This document shows positions 63,204 to 64,000 of a stretch of DNA of 64,000 nucleotides, piece by piece. The number at the start of each line of letters is the position of its first letter. Positions within the stretch are counted from its first letter, which is position 1. The notes under the pieces are model-generated. The model was not told the DNA's origin, did not search any database, and saw nothing but the letters and a program-made list of their open reading frames with translations. The DNA is taken from assembly GCA_025928655.1 (NCBI GenBank), contig JAICJC010000001.1, positions 2,898 to 66,897 on the forward strand. The letters run 5' to 3'. The stretch comes from Thermoleophilia bacterium (GTDB taxonomy: Bacteria > Actinomycetota > Thermoleophilia > Gaiellales > JAICJC01). The position numbers and the translations under genes are program-made.

Positions 63204-64000
63204 ATGAACCGCCCTCCCGCGGCCGTCGATCTCTTTCGCACGCTCGAGCTGCGCACCGACATCGGCGTGCTCTACGACGACGCGCGTTGCACGGTGCGCG
63301 ACGGCTTCGTCGCCGTGGAGAACCCCCAAAACCCGCTGCACTTCGGCGGCAACATGCTCGTGTTCCCCGGGCCGCCTCGGGACGGCGATCTCGAGCGATG
63401 GCTCGCCTTGTGGGACGAGACCTTCGGCGATCGCTTCGACCACCGCACCTTCGAGTGGGACACGGCCGGCGGAGAGGAGGGCGCGTCGGCCGAGTTCGTG
63501 GATGCGGGCTTCGATCTGCACCGCACGTCGATCCTCGCGGCGTCGCCTCGCGACATCCGCCTGCCCGAGAAGGACTCCTCGCACGTGGCGGTGGTCGAGG
63601 TCGACCTTGCGGCTGCGGGGGACGACGTGGTGGCGCTCGGCCTTGCCTCCGACCCCGCGATGGCCGCCAGGGAGGGCGTCGAGCGGCACCGGGAGTGTCA
63701 ACGCAAACAGCTCGCGCGCAGGCGGCGCGCGATCGAGGCGGGCAGGGGCTTCTGGCTCGGCGCACGCGCCGGGGACGGCACACTGACGGGTGCGCTGGGC
63801 CTGTTCGACGTCGGCGGTGGTATCGCTCGCTACCAGCACGTCGACACGCATCCTGACTGGCGCCGGCAGGGGATCTGCAGCCGTCTGCTCTACGGAGCAG
63901 CACAACTGGGAGCGGAGCGCTTCGACGTCGACACGCTGGTGATCGCCGCCGATCGCGAGTATCACGCGCTCGACCTGTACCGCAAGGCCGGCTTTGCCGA
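63204..64000 (+). CDS. GNAT family N-acetyltransferase (3' end lies outside the window; alternative GTG start at 63132 overlapping the upstream stop)
   Basis: I translated this by hand because it is not in the ORF track (no stop in the window): MNRPPAAVDLFRTLELRTD...IARYQHVDTHPDWRRQGICSRLLYGAAQLG...ALDLYRKAGFA. It carries the acetyl-CoA-binding R/Q-x-x-G-x-G/A-like motif. Confidence 0.7.
   Translation, partial: MNRPPAAVDLFRTLELRTDIGVLYDDARCTVRDGFVAVENPQNPLHFGGNMLVFPGPPRDGDLERWLALWDETFGDRFDHRTFEWDTAGGEEGASAEFVDAGFDLHRTSILAASPRDIRLPEKDSSHVAVVEVDLAAAGDDVVALGLASDPAMAAREGVERHRECQRKQLARRRRAIEAGRGFWLGARAGDGTLTGALGLFDVGGGIARYQHVDTHPDWRRQGICSRLLYGAAQLGAERFDVDTLVIAADREYHALDLYRKAGFA

Noticed and set aside
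63072-63965. 297-aa minus-strand ORF at the right end of the window.
   Set aside because: It is antisense to a plus-strand frame that translates into a convincing GNAT acetyltransferase. The minus-strand product has shadow-ORF composition.

Overview
This is a high-GC, Actinomycetota-type chromosomal segment with about 62 protein-coding genes. Many adjacent genes overlap by 4 bp (ATGA or GTGA). I found no rRNA, tRNA, CRISPR array, transposase or integrase. From left to right the window holds: the 3' end of a xanthine-dehydrogenase-family gene; a GGDEF-EAL protein; a sugar-acid-type cluster (enolase-superfamily enzyme, Gfo/Idh/MocA oxidoreductase, SRPBCC protein); a lytic transglycosylase; a frameshifted UPF0104-like membrane gene; a five-gene operon (LolA-like protein plus two ABC ATPase/permease pairs); a divergent MFS/MarR pair; a secreted EEP-family phosphoesterase; and an adenylate-cyclase/STAND-NTPase/TPR protein followed by two small tandem paralogs and an unusual KaiC-like/HTH/cupin regulator. 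Next come a universal stress protein, small hypotheticals, a TolB-like/RTX protein and an isochorismatase-family hydrolase. A long minus-strand block follows: sigma factor, XRE-like HTH protein, ImmA/IrrE metalloprotease, a conserved unknown protein, a TV-repeat membrane protein, AddB-like and AddA-like helicase-nucleases, and an S1/coiled-coil protein whose ORF runs in frame into a truncated, frameshifted amidase. The remainder holds DHFR-like, AraC and VOC genes; a deiodinase-like thioredoxin-fold gene with an in-frame TGA (candidate selenoprotein); two sugar ABC transporter loci; a ParB/Srx-like protein; a GH13 glucosidase; an amidohydrolase; DUF1269; a methyltransferase; a secreted beta-propeller; the kbl-tdh pair; PNPOx; a BBE-type FAD oxidase; a nitronate monooxygenase; a membrane hypothetical; and a partial GNAT gene. 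Two families of GC-rich palindromic intergenic repeats (cores GGGGTCAGACCCC and GGGGACAGTCCCC) sit at most gene ends. Internal start coordinates were derived by counting within the supplied ORF track. Function calls rest on motifs I recognise by eye, not on database searches.
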